Assembly (NCBI GenBank): GCA_945877765.1
Contig: CAMDWQ010000008.1
Location: 13,774 to 77,773 of the forward strand
DNA from: Candidatus Omnitrophota bacterium
Lineage (GTDB): Bacteria; Omnitrophota; Gorgyraeia; 2-02-FULL-51-18
Direction of reading: 5' to 3'
Length of the DNA stretch: 64,000 nucleotides
A program made the translations under genes and the position numbers. Positions 38,986 through 49,068 of this stretch are shown here, piece after piece. How positions within the stretch are numbered: the first letter of the stretch is position 1; each line of letters opens with the position of its first letter. The notes beneath the pieces were generated by a model that worked only from the letters and a program-made list of their open reading frames with translations, was not told the DNA's origin and searched no databases.

Positions 38986-40437
38986 ATGAATTTTGCCGAA
39001 AAAACTATCAACGCATTAGCTGACCTTTATCAAAAAAATTCCTGCACGCAAAAAGAGGTGCTTGAGTCTCTGGCGACAGCGGTGAAATCTAAAGATCGTG
39101 ATTCCCGTCAAATTCACGCCTATATCGCGCCCGAGACGGCCCAACCGCGTCACCGCAAAGCAGATAAATCGTCAAAGCTATGGGGGATTCCTATCGCGGT
39201 GAAGGACAATATTTGTGTGGAGCGCGAGGAAATTACCTGCGCTTCCAAAATTTTGAAAGGTTTTATCTCGCCGTACAACGCGACGGTGATTGATAAACTT
39301 TTAGATGCCGGTGCTGTCATTTATGGTCGTACCAATATGGATGAGTTTGCGTTCGGGTCCAGCTGCGAAACATCCACCTATGGACCAACCAGAAACCCGC
39401 GTGACCCTGAGTGCGTGCCTGGAGGCTCTAGTGGAGGTTCCGCGGCGAGCGTGGCAGATCACACGGCCGTTGCCTCTTTAGGATCGGACACGGGCGGCTC
39501 GATTCGTCAGCCCGCCGCTTTCTGCGGAGTGGTCGGCATGAAACCCACTTATGGGCGCGTGTCGCGCTATGGGTTGATTGCTTTTGCCTCAAGCTTGGAC
39601 CAGATTGGCCCGATTACCAAAGATGTGAGGGATTCGGCATCCCTATTAAGTGTCATTGCCGGTTATGATCCCAAAGATTCAACTTCTGCCGATATTCCGG
39701 TGCCGGATTACACGGCGCTTTTAGGTAAAAGTATCAAAGGGTTCAAAATTGGCATCCCAAAAGAGTATGTTGAAGGGATAGACAACCCCGAGTTGCGCAA
39801 GAAGCTCGTCGAGGAGCCCAAGAAAATTTTTGAAAGCCTCGGGGCATCCGTTGAAACCGTGAGTTTGCCGCACACAAGATATGCGGTGAGCGTTTATTAT
39901 ATTGTTGCTCCCTCCGAGGCCAGCTCCAATCTTGAGCGTTTTGATGGGGTGCGTTTTGGCTATCGCGAGGCTGGCGCTTCCACGCTTCTGGATCTTTATG
40001 AAAAATCTCGCGGCACAGGCTTCGGCGCTGAAGCCAAACGGCGCATTATTTTGGGCACCTATAGTCTTTCTAGCGGCTATTATGACGCGTATTATTTAAA
40101 AGCGATGAAGGTCCGCACTAAAATCAAACAGGATTTTGACCAGGCGTTCAAAAAAGTGGATCTATTGCTGACACCCACAGCCCCTGGCGGCGCATTCAAA
40201 TTGGGCGAAAAATCTAAAAATCCACTGGAGATGTACCTCTCGGATATTTATACGATTTCTGCCAATCTTGCCGGTGTGCCGGCGCTTTCGATTCCCGGGG
40301 GCCTAATCGGCGAAAAAAAAATGCCGCTGGGACTTCAATTAGTGGGGAAGCCTTTTGACGAAGCGACCCTTTATCAAGCGGCCTATGCATTTGAGCAAGC
40401 GACCGATTTTCATCGGCAGTTGGGGAATGTAAAGTGA
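38986..40437 (+). CDS. gatA: Asp/Glu-tRNA amidotransferase subunit A
   Basis: Amidase signature [19 protein letters not shown]; [17 protein letters not shown]. Confidence 0.97.
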   Translation: MNFAEKTINALADLYQKNSCTQKEVLESLATAVKSKDRDSRQIHAYIAPETAQPRHRKADKSSKLWGIPIAVKDNICVEREEITCASKILKGFISPYNATVIDKLLDAGAVIYGRTNMDEFAFGSSCETSTYGPTRNPRDPECVPGGSSGGSAASVADHTAVASLGSDTGGSIRQPAAFCGVVGMKPTYGRVSRYGLIAFASSLDQIGPITKDVRDSASLLSVIAGYDPKDSTSADIPVPDYTALLGKSIKGFKIGIPKEYVEGIDNPELRKKLVEEPKKIFESLGASVETVSLPHTRYAVSVYYIVAPSEASSNLERFDGVRFGYREAGASTLLDLYEKSRGTGFGAEAKRRIILGTYSLSSGYYDAYYLKAMKVRTKIKQDFDQAFKKVDLLLTPTAPGGAFKLGEKSKNPLEMYLSDIYTISANLAGVPALSIPGGLIGEKKMPLGLQLVGKPFDEATLYQAAYAFEQATDFHRQLGNVK

Positions 40438-41882
40438 GCGCCCAGGTGATCGTCACAATAGGCCTTGAGACTCATGTGCAGCTAAAATCGCGCACAAAAA
40501 TATTTTGTTCCTGTGCTGCGGAATTTGGAAGCACCCCGAATAGTAATGTGTGTCCGGTATGTTTAGGACTCCCTGGGTCTTTGCCGGTACTAAATCGAAA
40601 AGTATTCTCTTTGGGCCTGCGCGCGGTTTTGGCTTTGGGGGGAACCCCGTCTGAAGTCATCAAATTTGACCGGAAAAATTATTTTTACCCCGATCTTCCC
40701 AAAGGTTATCAAATTTCTCAGTTTGATCATCCATTGGGTCGCGGAGGCTTTGTTGAAATTGATACACCAACTGGTGTCAAACAAGTGGTTTTGAATCGCC
40801 TTCATCTTGAAGAGGATGCCGGAAAGCTGATTCACGACAATTCTCCCACGGAAAGCCATGTCGATTTAAACCGCGCTGGTACGCCCTTGGCTGAGATTGT
40901 CACGGAACCTTGTCTGGACAGCTCCGAGGAAGCCTATGAATATCTGACAAACCTCAAAGCCATCTTAAAAACAGCCGGCGTGTCGGACTGCGATATGGAA
41001 AAGGGCCATTTGCGCTGCGACGCCAACGTATCTATCCGAAAAAATGCGGCGGATCCCTTAGGGAAACGCGTCGAAATTAAAAATTTGAATTCATTTAAAG
41101 CCGTCAAGGCAGCCATTGAGTATGAAGTAAAGCGTCAAGCCGAGGCGCTAGAAAAGGGCGAAGTAATGGTGCAAGAAACACGCCTTTGGGACGATACGCG
41201 CCAAAAGACTTTTACCATGCGGTCCAAAGAGGACGCTCATGACTATCGCTATTTCCCGGAGCCGGATTTAGTTCCATTTCATTTAGAAGTAAGTGAAATC
41301 GAAGAAGCAAGGAAATCGTTGCCGACCTTGCCAAGAGCAAGGAAAGAAAATTTAATGGCAAAATATAATCTTTCTGAATATGACGCTAGGCTTATTTGCG
41401 CCGATCAAGAAATCGAGAATTTTTTTGAAGATTGTGTGAAAATTTATAACGATGTCAAGACAATCGCTATTTGGATAAAAGGCTCAGTTTTTGCTTATCG
41501 TGCTGAAAATTCCGATGAATTTAAAAAATTTGGATTATCTAGACTCAAACCACAACTTCTCGTTCAGTTGATAGGACTTGTCGACGCGGGGACTTTAAGT
41601 TTGCAAGTTGCAAAGGAAAAAGTTTTCCCGGAGATCGTGAGAGGATTTTCACCAGCACAGGTTGTTAAAGAAAAAGGTCTGACACAAGTCTCCGACACCG
41701 GCGCTTTGGAGGGGTGGATCGTGGAAGTGATTGCGGCCAACCCCAAAGTGGTCGAGGATTTTAAATCCGGAAAAGAATCGGCGGTGATGTTTCTTGTCGG
41801 GCAGGTGATGAAAAAAAGTCAGGGAAAAGCCAATCCGGGCATGCTGGGTGAACTTATCAAAAAAAAATTAAAAGAAATTTGA
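40434..41882 (+). CDS. gatB: Asp/Glu-tRNA amidotransferase subunit B
   Basis: [34 protein letters not shown] motifs. Confidence 0.97.
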   Translation: MSAQVIVTIGLETHVQLKSRTKIFCSCAAEFGSTPNSNVCPVCLGLPGSLPVLNRKVFSLGLRAVLALGGTPSEVIKFDRKNYFYPDLPKGYQISQFDHPLGRGGFVEIDTPTGVKQVVLNRLHLEEDAGKLIHDNSPTESHVDLNRAGTPLAEIVTEPCLDSSEEAYEYLTNLKAILKTAGVSDCDMEKGHLRCDANVSIRKNAADPLGKRVEIKNLNSFKAVKAAIEYEVKRQAEALEKGEVMVQETRLWDDTRQKTFTMRSKEDAHDYRYFPEPDLVPFHLEVSEIEEARKSLPTLPRARKENLMAKYNLSEYDARLICADQEIENFFEDCVKIYNDVKTIAIWIKGSVFAYRAENSDEFKKFGLSRLKPQLLVQLIGLVDAGTLSLQVAKEKVFPEIVRGFSPAQVVKEKGLTQVSDTGALEGWIVEVIAANPKVVEDFKSGKESAVMFLVGQVMKKSQGKANPGMLGELIKKKLKEI

Positions 41883-41907
41883 AAATACTCCGCAACGTCA
41901 CCAACAA

Positions 41908-41979
41908 CGTCATTCCCGAATGTTTTAATCGGGAATCAAACCGATACATGATCCCCGATAAAAAATTTCGGGGATGACA
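41908..41979. repeat. GTCA...TGAC REP-like double-hairpin element, copy 1
   Basis: GTCATTCCCGA..TCGGGAATC-spacer-GATCCCCGA..TCGGGGATGAC; homologous to 56129-56200. Confidence 0.85.
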
Positions 41980-41984
41980 TTCTT

Positions 41985-42869
41985 ATGAAATATTTCAAAA
42001 TCGGTTTTTCCGTATTCTTCATACTCCTCATCAGTTTTTTTGTCGTCAAGTCCTGCGTTCACCCCAAAAGAACAATCACCAACCAAGAGACTGCTTCCAC
42101 AGTCCCTTTTTTCTCAAAACTGATGCCGCCGCAAAAACACATCGTGATCGCGCCGCGGGTGATTTCTGGGGACAAGGAAAAGAATCTTGTGTCTTCGACG
42201 CAAGGGCCGCACGTGGCGATTATTCTGGATGACTGGGGGAAAAATTACTCGGTTTTAAAAAATGCCATTGAGATTCACCGGCCTCTGACGCTGGCGGTGC
42301 TTCCCAATCTTATTCATAGCCGCCGAATTGCCGAGGAGGCACATCAAAATGGGTTGGGTGTTATGCTGCACTTACCGATGGAGCCGTTCAACAAGAAAGC
42401 TCCCTTAGAGCCCCGAACAATCAAGACTTCAATGACCGACAGCCAAATCAAGCAGATCGTCGACAATGCTGTTGCGGCCATTCCGCACGTCCAAGGCGTT
42501 AATAACCACATGGGATCGGCTGTGACCAGTGACGCGCGGGTGATGAAGCTTATTTTGGAACGGCTTAAATCAAAAAATCTTTTTTTTGTCGATAGCCATG
42601 TCGTGGCAAAAACTCAAGGAAGTTGGGCTGCCCTCCAGACTGGCATTCGCTTTGCGGAGCGTGATGTTTTTATCGATAATGAAAATGAGCTGGGCGCGAT
42701 TAAGCGGCAGCTGGAAAAGGCAAAGCAAATGGCACTGGCTAGCGGCGAAGCGATTGTCATTGGTCATGACCGTAAACTGACTCTGGAGGCCATCAAAGAG
42801 ATGCTCCCTGAGTTTGACCGCGCCGGAGTGCGCCTGGTGCTGGCCCGGGATGTTGTTAAATCTTCTTAA
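41985..42869 (+). CDS. Divergent polysaccharide deacetylase family protein
   Basis: AIILDDWG, LHLPMEP, GVNNHMGS, RDVFIDN, IGH motifs; N-terminal TM. Confidence 0.93.
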   Translation: MKYFKIGFSVFFILLISFFVVKSCVHPKRTITNQETASTVPFFSKLMPPQKHIVIAPRVISGDKEKNLVSSTQGPHVAIILDDWGKNYSVLKNAIEIHRPLTLAVLPNLIHSRRIAEEAHQNGLGVMLHLPMEPFNKKAPLEPRTIKTSMTDSQIKQIVDNAVAAIPHVQGVNNHMGSAVTSDARVMKLILERLKSKNLFFVDSHVVAKTQGSWAALQTGIRFAERDVFIDNENELGAIKRQLEKAKQMALASGEAIVIGHDRKLTLEAIKEMLPEFDRAGVRLVLARDVVKSS

Positions 42870-43910
42870 ATGATTACTCTGGGGATTGAGACCTCTTGTG
42901 ATGAAACTTCTGTGGCACTTGTCCAAGGTGGACGTAAAATTCTTTCTAATATTGTCTATTCAAGCTTACTGGAGCACCGTCCTTACGGAGGGGTGATTCC
43001 TGAGATTGCTTCGAGGTCTCACCTAGAAACCGTTTTACCCTGTCTTCAAGAAGCCCTCAAAAAAGCAAATCGGACGATGGGGGACATTGACCTGGTAGCC
43101 GTGACTCAAGGGCCTGGGCTCTTAGGTTCACTTTTAGTGGGGATAACAGCTGCCAAAACACTTTCGCTGGCTTTGGGAAAACCGCTAGTGGGAGTGGATC
43201 ATGTGATGGCGCATCTCTATTCTGGTTTTCTCATGGAACAAAAATTGGCATTTCCGCTATTGGGGCTGGTCGTCTCGGGGGGCCACACGATGCTGGTTTC
43301 TATGGAAAGCGCACGCCGCTATCAAGTCCTAGGAACGACGTTGGACGATGCGGCCGGAGAAGCGTTTGATAAGGTTGCAAAAATACTGGGGTTGGGGTAT
43401 CCTGGGGGTCCAGAGATTGATCGTCTTGCCAAAGGCCAAGACGCGAAGCGTTTTTTCTTCACCCGGCCGTATTTATCCCATGAATCGTTGGATTTTAGTT
43501 TTAGCGGTATCAAAACAGCTGTTTTCTACACGGTCCAAAGGAATTTCAGCCAGACAAATGCCGGCTTGCCTGGGGCAGGAAATAAAAAGATGACCCTTAA
43601 GGATAAAAAAGCGATTGCCGCGGGTTTTCAGGAAGCGGTTTGCGAAGTACTGGTGAAGAAAAGTCTCAAAGCGGCAAAAATTCACGCTGCCAAGACGCTG
43701 GTTGTCGGCGGCGGAGTCAGCGCCAACAGCCGTCTTAAGCAGCTTTTTTCTACGGCTTCCAAAAAAGAAGGTGTGCGCGTGATATTTCCCTCCCTGGCCT
43801 TAAGCCAGGACAACGCGGCCATGATCGCGGCTTTAGGGACGGCGTTGTACCGTGAGGGTCGGCGGGATTCGCTGGATATGGAAGCTTACCCGGAGTTTAT
43901 AAAATCATAA
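42870..43910 (+). CDS. tsaD: tRNA N6-threonylcarbamoyltransferase
   Basis: GIETSCDET, VSGGHT, DDAAGEAFDK, FSFSGIKT, DNAAMIA. Confidence 0.97.
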   Translation: MITLGIETSCDETSVALVQGGRKILSNIVYSSLLEHRPYGGVIPEIASRSHLETVLPCLQEALKKANRTMGDIDLVAVTQGPGLLGSLLVGITAAKTLSLALGKPLVGVDHVMAHLYSGFLMEQKLAFPLLGLVVSGGHTMLVSMESARRYQVLGTTLDDAAGEAFDKVAKILGLGYPGGPEIDRLAKGQDAKRFFFTRPYLSHESLDFSFSGIKTAVFYTVQRNFSQTNAGLPGAGNKKMTLKDKKAIAAGFQEAVCEVLVKKSLKAAKIHAAKTLVVGGGVSANSRLKQLFSTASKKEGVRVIFPSLALSQDNAAMIAALGTALYREGRRDSLDMEAYPEFIKS

Positions 43911-44278
43911 TGGAAATTAAAAAAGAAGAATACAAAGAATACTTAAGCGAGGATTACCTCGGGATCCACGAGGCGGCGGCCCTTCTAGAAATTAGTGAAG
44001 AAGAGCTTTGGGCGCTAATCAAGCGCCACGAAATTCCCACGCACAACGTTGCTGGCGCCTTCACGCGTTTAAAGCGCGAAGAAATGGAAGTGATTAAGAA
44101 CAAATGGAGAATTGAGCGCGAGCTTTTCCCCGCACCTGAAAAATATTTTCCCCATCACGCAACGGTACGAAAAGCGACGCTCTGGGAAAAAGCCGCTGAT
44201 TTCTGGTACTTTAATGATTTTTATATTTTATGTTCAATTTTGATAGCCGCTTTGCTTTATTTTATTTTAGCCTCTTAA
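43910..44278 (+). CDS. Small HTH_17-like protein with C-terminal TM helix
   Basis: YLGIHEAAALLEISEEELWALIKRHEIP; hydrophobic tail FYILCSILIAALLYFIL. Confidence 0.6.
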   Translation: MEIKKEEYKEYLSEDYLGIHEAAALLEISEEELWALIKRHEIPTHNVAGAFTRLKREEMEVIKNKWRIERELFPAPEKYFPHHATVRKATLWEKAADFWYFNDFYILCSILIAALLYFILAS

Positions 44279-44300
44279 ACAAGGATCGTCCTCCTACCTC

Positions 44301-47027
44301 ATGAAATTTATTCTGCTTGATGGAAATTCATTTTGCTACCGCGCTTTTTATGCGGTGCGGGATTTACGGACCGCCAAAAATGAGCCGACCAACGCCGTTT
44401 TTGGGTTTATCACCATGCTGGATAAGGTGATCAAGGACGTCGATCCGGACGGGGTGGCGGTGACATTTGATATGCGAGGGCCCACGTTTCGACACAAAAA
44501 ATACGAGGATTACAAAATTCAGCGTCCTCCCATGCCCGAGGATCTCGCCGCTCAGATTCCTGTCATCAAAGAAGTGATTGAAGCCATGAATATCCCTATT
44601 TTTCAAATGGAAGGCTATGAAGCCGATGACATTCTTGCGACACTTGCCAAAAAACTCGAAAAGGCGGGGCATGAGACTTACTTGGTAACCGGCGATAAGG
44701 ATATGCTGCAGCTAGTGACCAAAAAAATTAAGGTGCTCAATCCCCAAAAAGATAATTTTATCTACGACGAAGCGGCGGTCAAACAGCGTTTCGGGGTGGG
44801 CCCTAACCGTGTGGTTGAGATCATGGCGCTCATGGGAGATGCCTCAGACAATATTCCCGGAGTGCCTGGTATTGGGGATAAGACGGCGTCGAAGTTGATT
44901 GTGGAATACGGCACGTTGGAAAATGTGTTAAAAAATATTTCAAATATCAAGGGCGATAAGTTAAAAGAAAACCTCCAGACTTATAAAGAGCAAGCGCACC
45001 TTTCGAGGGAATTGGCGACGATTGTGGATGACGTGCCGGTCTTATGGGATATTGAAAAATTAAAACGTCCTCAGCCCAATGTAAAAAAACTGACTGAGCT
45101 TTACCGCCGCCTAGAATTCCGTCTTTTTTTGAAAAATCTTGGCGCCGAAGAAATCAAACACGCCGACGATACGAATCTGCGGTACCACCTTATCGAAAAA
45201 AAGAAAGATTTTGAGGAGCTTAAGAAAAAACTAGCCAAAGAAAAGCGCTGGGCGTTTGATTTTGAGACCACCGGTGTGGACCCTCTGACGGCAGAGCCGG
45301 TAGGGATTTCATTTTCTTTTCGAGACAAGGAAGCCTGGTATGTCGCCTTCTCTCATGGTAAGGGCGACCTTTTTTCAGAGCTGGATACCAACAAACCCGG
45401 CGCGTCGCATAAGAGCGAAATCAGCGCCAAGGAGGCTCTTTTATCCTTACAAGATTTCTTTGAAAATCCAAAGATTCAAAAAGTCGGCCAGAACATCAAA
45501 TATGAAGCGATGATACTAAAGAATTTTGGCATTGAGCTTCAAGGGATTTATTTTGACACCATGGTGGCTTCCTACTGTTTGAACCCAGGAAAACCCAATC
45601 ACAACCTGGACGATATTGCGATGGAGCACCTAAGCGCGCGTATCACCTCGATTAAGGAGCTCATCGGTACCGGCCGCAATCAAATATCCATGGCGGAGGT
45701 AGAAATTGACAAGCTTTTCCGTTACGGCTGCCAGGACTCCGATGTGACGCGGCGCCTTTCTGTTATTTTGGAAGAAAAGCTTCTTGAGCACGATGTCTTG
45801 GAATTATTTGAGAAAATTGAAATGCCGCTGGTGCATGTACTGGCGGATATGGAATACAAAGGGATTGCCATTGACGCAAAACTGCTGGGTGAATTTTCTC
45901 GCGAGATGGAAAAGTCTCTGGCGGCGCTGACCAAAGACATTCATCGGCTGGCGGGCGGGGAATTTAACATCAATTCACCCAAACAGTTGGGAGAAATATT
46001 GTTTGAAAAATTAGCCCTGCCTGTGGTAAAAAAGACAAAGACGGGGGCATCAACGGATGTCGACGTTTTGCAGGAGCTCTCCGAAGTTCATCCTCTTCCC
46101 AAGGAAATTTTAAAATTTAGAGAGCTTTCAAAACTGAAGTCGACTTATGTGGATGCGCTACCGCTTCTGGCCAATCCCAGAGATCACCGGGTGCATACGT
46201 CCTATAACCAGACCGTGACGTCGACAGGGCGATTATCATCTAGTGATCCGAATCTCCAAAATATCCCTATACGAACTGAGGAAGGGCGTAAAATCCGGCG
46301 CGCGTTTGTTGCCGACGGCAAAGACAAAATACTAGTCTCAGCCGATTATTCGCAGATCGAATTACGCGTTTTGGCGCATCTTTCACAGGATGGGAATCTG
46401 ATCAAGGCATTTAGAGAAGGCGCTGATATCCATCGCTACACCGCGGGATTGATTTACAACACTCCCATGAAGGACGTGACGGATTCAATGCGCAGCTCGG
46501 CCAAGACGGTGAATTTTGGGATTTTGTATGGCATGGGTGCTTTTAGTTTGGCTAAGAATCTAGGGATCACCAATGATTCGGCCAAAGATTTTATCAAAGC
46601 TTACTTTGAGCGTTATCCGAAAGTGAAAGTTTATTTGGATGGCACGCTGGAAAAGGCCCGCAAAGATGGTTTTGTTTCAACCTATTTTAAGCGCAGGCGC
46701 TACATTCCTGAGATTTTATCTCATGATGTGAGGATGAAAAGTTTTGCGGAGCGGACCGCCATTAATATGCCGATCCAGGGGACGGCTAGCGATATTATCA
46801 AAATTGCGATGCGTGAAATAGCTTCCCGCACTGAAAAAGAAAAATATGAAGCGCGGATGATTTTGCAGGTGCACGACGAATTGGTATTTGAAGTCCCCAA
46901 AAAAGAACTTAAAGAGCTTGTTTTCATGGTTAAAAAAGAAATGCAGGGTGCCGTTTCCTTTGATGTGCCAATGAGCGTCTCGGTAAAGGCCGGGCCCAAT
47001 TGGCTGGATATGGAGAGCGTCGATTAA
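44301..47027 (+). CDS. polA: DNA polymerase I
   Basis: 5'-3' exonuclease (YEADD, GDASDNIPGV), DFETT, TGRLSS, DYSQIELR, QVHDE. Confidence 0.99.
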   Translation: MKFILLDGNSFCYRAFYAVRDLRTAKNEPTNAVFGFITMLDKVIKDVDPDGVAVTFDMRGPTFRHKKYEDYKIQRPPMPEDLAAQIPVIKEVIEAMNIPIFQMEGYEADDILATLAKKLEKAGHETYLVTGDKDMLQLVTKKIKVLNPQKDNFIYDEAAVKQRFGVGPNRVVEIMALMGDASDNIPGVPGIGDKTASKLIVEYGTLENVLKNISNIKGDKLKENLQTYKEQAHLSRELATIVDDVPVLWDIEKLKRPQPNVKKLTELYRRLEFRLFLKNLGAEEIKHADDTNLRYHLIEKKKDFEELKKKLAKEKRWAFDFETTGVDPLTAEPVGISFSFRDKEAWYVAFSHGKGDLFSELDTNKPGASHKSEISAKEALLSLQDFFENPKIQKVGQNIKYEAMILKNFGIELQGIYFDTMVASYCLNPGKPNHNLDDIAMEHLSARITSIKELIGTGRNQISMAEVEIDKLFRYGCQDSDVTRRLSVILEEKLLEHDVLELFEKIEMPLVHVLADMEYKGIAIDAKLLGEFSREMEKSLAALTKDIHRLAGGEFNINSPKQLGEILFEKLALPVVKKTKTGASTDVDVLQELSEVHPLPKEILKFRELSKLKSTYVDALPLLANPRDHRVHTSYNQTVTSTGRLSSSDPNLQNIPIRTEEGRKIRRAFVADGKDKILVSADYSQIELRVLAHLSQDGNLIKAFREGADIHRYTAGLIYNTPMKDVTDSMRSSAKTVNFGILYGMGAFSLAKNLGITNDSAKDFIKAYFERYPKVKVYLDGTLEKARKDGFVSTYFKRRRYIPEILSHDVRMKSFAERTAINMPIQGTASDIIKIAMREIASRTEKEKYEARMILQVHDELVFEVPKKELKELVFMVKKEMQGAVSFDVPMSVSVKAGPNWLDMESVD

Positions 47028-48390
47028 AGTTCTCTTTTGTTCGGGCGAAGTGGCTCCGTTTGCAAAAACAGGAGGCCTGGCGGATGTCGCAGGGTCACTG
47101 CCTCTGGCTTTGGGCAGGCTCGGGATCGAAGTGATGGTCCTAATGCCCAAATACCGCGGCATTGAGTTTTCAGAAAAAAGATTAAGCGACCATGTTCAGG
47201 TGCATTTTATTGAACACGAACCTTTTTTCAACCGCTCAGGATTGTACGGCCATCAAGACAGTGATTATGCCGATAATTTGGACCGTTTTTCCTATTTTTC
47301 GCGAGAGTGCCTGACAGCCGCTAAGCGGTTGGGATTTAAACCGGATGTGGCCCATGCGCACGACTGGCACGCGTCCCTAATTCCGGTGCTCTTAAAAACA
47401 GAATTCTTGGCAGATGATTTTTTTAAACAGACGAAATCACTTTTAACGATTCACAATCTGGCGTATCAAGGTGTTTTTGCGGCGTCGGAATATAAAAAAA
47501 TAGGTCTTTCTCAAGAGCTTTTTTCCGTAGCGGGTTTTGAATTTTATGGGATGGTGAACCTGCTAAAAGCCGGCCTATTGTTTGCCGACCGCCTCAACAC
47601 GGTGAGCCCCGCTTATGCTAAAGAGATTCAGACGGTAGAATTTGGGTGCGGGCTTGAAGGCGTTTTGCGGCAAAGAAAAAATAAACTTTCGGGTATTTTG
47701 AACGGAATCGATACCCAGGCCTGGAACCCGGCAACCGATACGAAGCTGAGCGCCGGTTATTCGGCAGAATCTCTGGCGGGAAAAAAAATCTGTAAAGCGT
47801 CCTTGCAAAAAAAGTACGGTTTGGAGGTGAATCCTCAAATTCCCCTTTTGGCTGTGGTATCCCGTTTAGCGCATCAAAAGGGCTTGGATTTAATCGCGCA
47901 AGCGTTACCGGACTTGATTTCTAGCCCTTTACAGCTGGTGATTTTGGGGGATGGGGACGCGGACTATCGCCGCTTGTTTGAGCGTCTGGGACGAGACTAC
48001 CCGGCCCAAGTGAAGGTGTCGTTGGGTTTTCAGGTGATGGCGGCGCATGAGATCTACGCAGGGGCGGATCTATTTTTAATGCCCTCGCAGTTTGAGCCCT
48101 GTGGGCTGGGCCAACTGATCAGCATGCGCTATGGCACGATTCCGGTGGTGCGCGCGACGGGCGGCCTAAAAGACACCGTCATCGATGCGGACCAAGACCC
48201 TAAAAAGGGAAACGGTTTTTCATTTGATCTTTTTGATTCTAAGAGTTTTCTGTCTGCTGTCAACCGGGCCATGAAAGCGTACCGGGACCAGGAGCGCTGG
48301 AATTTGCTCATGACGTGCGCGATGAAGTGTAATTTTTCTTGGGATGAGAGCGCTAAAAAGTATGAACAATTGTATCGGGAGGCCGTTTAA
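47023..48390 (+). CDS. glgA: Glycogen synthase (probable ATT start at 47023)
   Basis: KVLF.SGEVAPFAKTGGLADV, HAHDWH, TIHNLAYQG, FEPCGL motifs. Confidence 0.95.
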   Translation: MKVLFCSGEVAPFAKTGGLADVAGSLPLALGRLGIEVMVLMPKYRGIEFSEKRLSDHVQVHFIEHEPFFNRSGLYGHQDSDYADNLDRFSYFSRECLTAAKRLGFKPDVAHAHDWHASLIPVLLKTEFLADDFFKQTKSLLTIHNLAYQGVFAASEYKKIGLSQELFSVAGFEFYGMVNLLKAGLLFADRLNTVSPAYAKEIQTVEFGCGLEGVLRQRKNKLSGILNGIDTQAWNPATDTKLSAGYSAESLAGKKICKASLQKKYGLEVNPQIPLLAVVSRLAHQKGLDLIAQALPDLISSPLQLVILGDGDADYRRLFERLGRDYPAQVKVSLGFQVMAAHEIYAGADLFLMPSQFEPCGLGQLISMRYGTIPVVRATGGLKDTVIDADQDPKKGNGFSFDLFDSKSFLSAVNRAMKAYRDQERWNLLMTCAMKCNFSWDESAKKYEQLYREAV

Positions 48391-49017
48391 TTGATCGTCG
48401 TGGGAATCACAGGTAATTTTAGTTCTGGCAAGAGTGCGGTGACCGGTATATTTAAAAAATTGGGCGCCAAGGTATTTGACGCCGACTTAGCAGCGAAGCA
48501 GGTCGTCCGCAAGGGGACCGGGCTTCACCGAGCAATCATTCAAATTTTTGGTCAGCAGTATCTGGACAAAACCGGTGAGATCGATCGTAAGAAACTGGCA
48601 AAGCGTGTTTTTTCAAATCCGAAGGACTTAAGAAAGCTCAATATCCTGATTCACCCCGAAGTTATTTTCGAAGCGATGAAAATGAAAAAAAAACTTCAGA
48701 GCAAGAAAGGCATCTTAGTATTTGATGTGCCCCTTTTGTACGAGACAAAGATGGAGCGTCTTGCCAATAAGGTGATTGTGGTGAATGCCTCCCAAGGAAC
48801 CATGATTTCTCGTGCGGCCAAAAAAGGGGTGGGTCCAGCGCTTTCCAAAAAAATTCTTGCCACACAATGGCCGCCTGAAAAAAAAGCAAACCGGGCTGAT
48901 TTTGTTATCGAGAACAACGGTAATTTGAAGGATTTAGACCAACGAGCCCGTCAGATTTTTAAACAGATTCAAGAGGAGGCCGCCGCGGATAATCTTTTAA
49001 AAAAGAAATTAACTTAA
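48391..49017 (+). CDS. coaE: Dephospho-CoA kinase
   Basis: GITGNFSSGKS, IDRKKLA..VF, IHP, DVPLLYE. Confidence 0.93.
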   Translation: MIVVGITGNFSSGKSAVTGIFKKLGAKVFDADLAAKQVVRKGTGLHRAIIQIFGQQYLDKTGEIDRKKLAKRVFSNPKDLRKLNILIHPEVIFEAMKMKKKLQSKKGILVFDVPLLYETKMERLANKVIVVNASQGTMISRAAKKGVGPALSKKILATQWPPEKKANRADFVIENNGNLKDLDQRARQIFKQIQEEAAADNLLKKKLT

Positions 49018-49068
49018 GCCACTAAATTTAAAAACTAAAGCAATTTTAACAGGAGGAAATACCCAACA

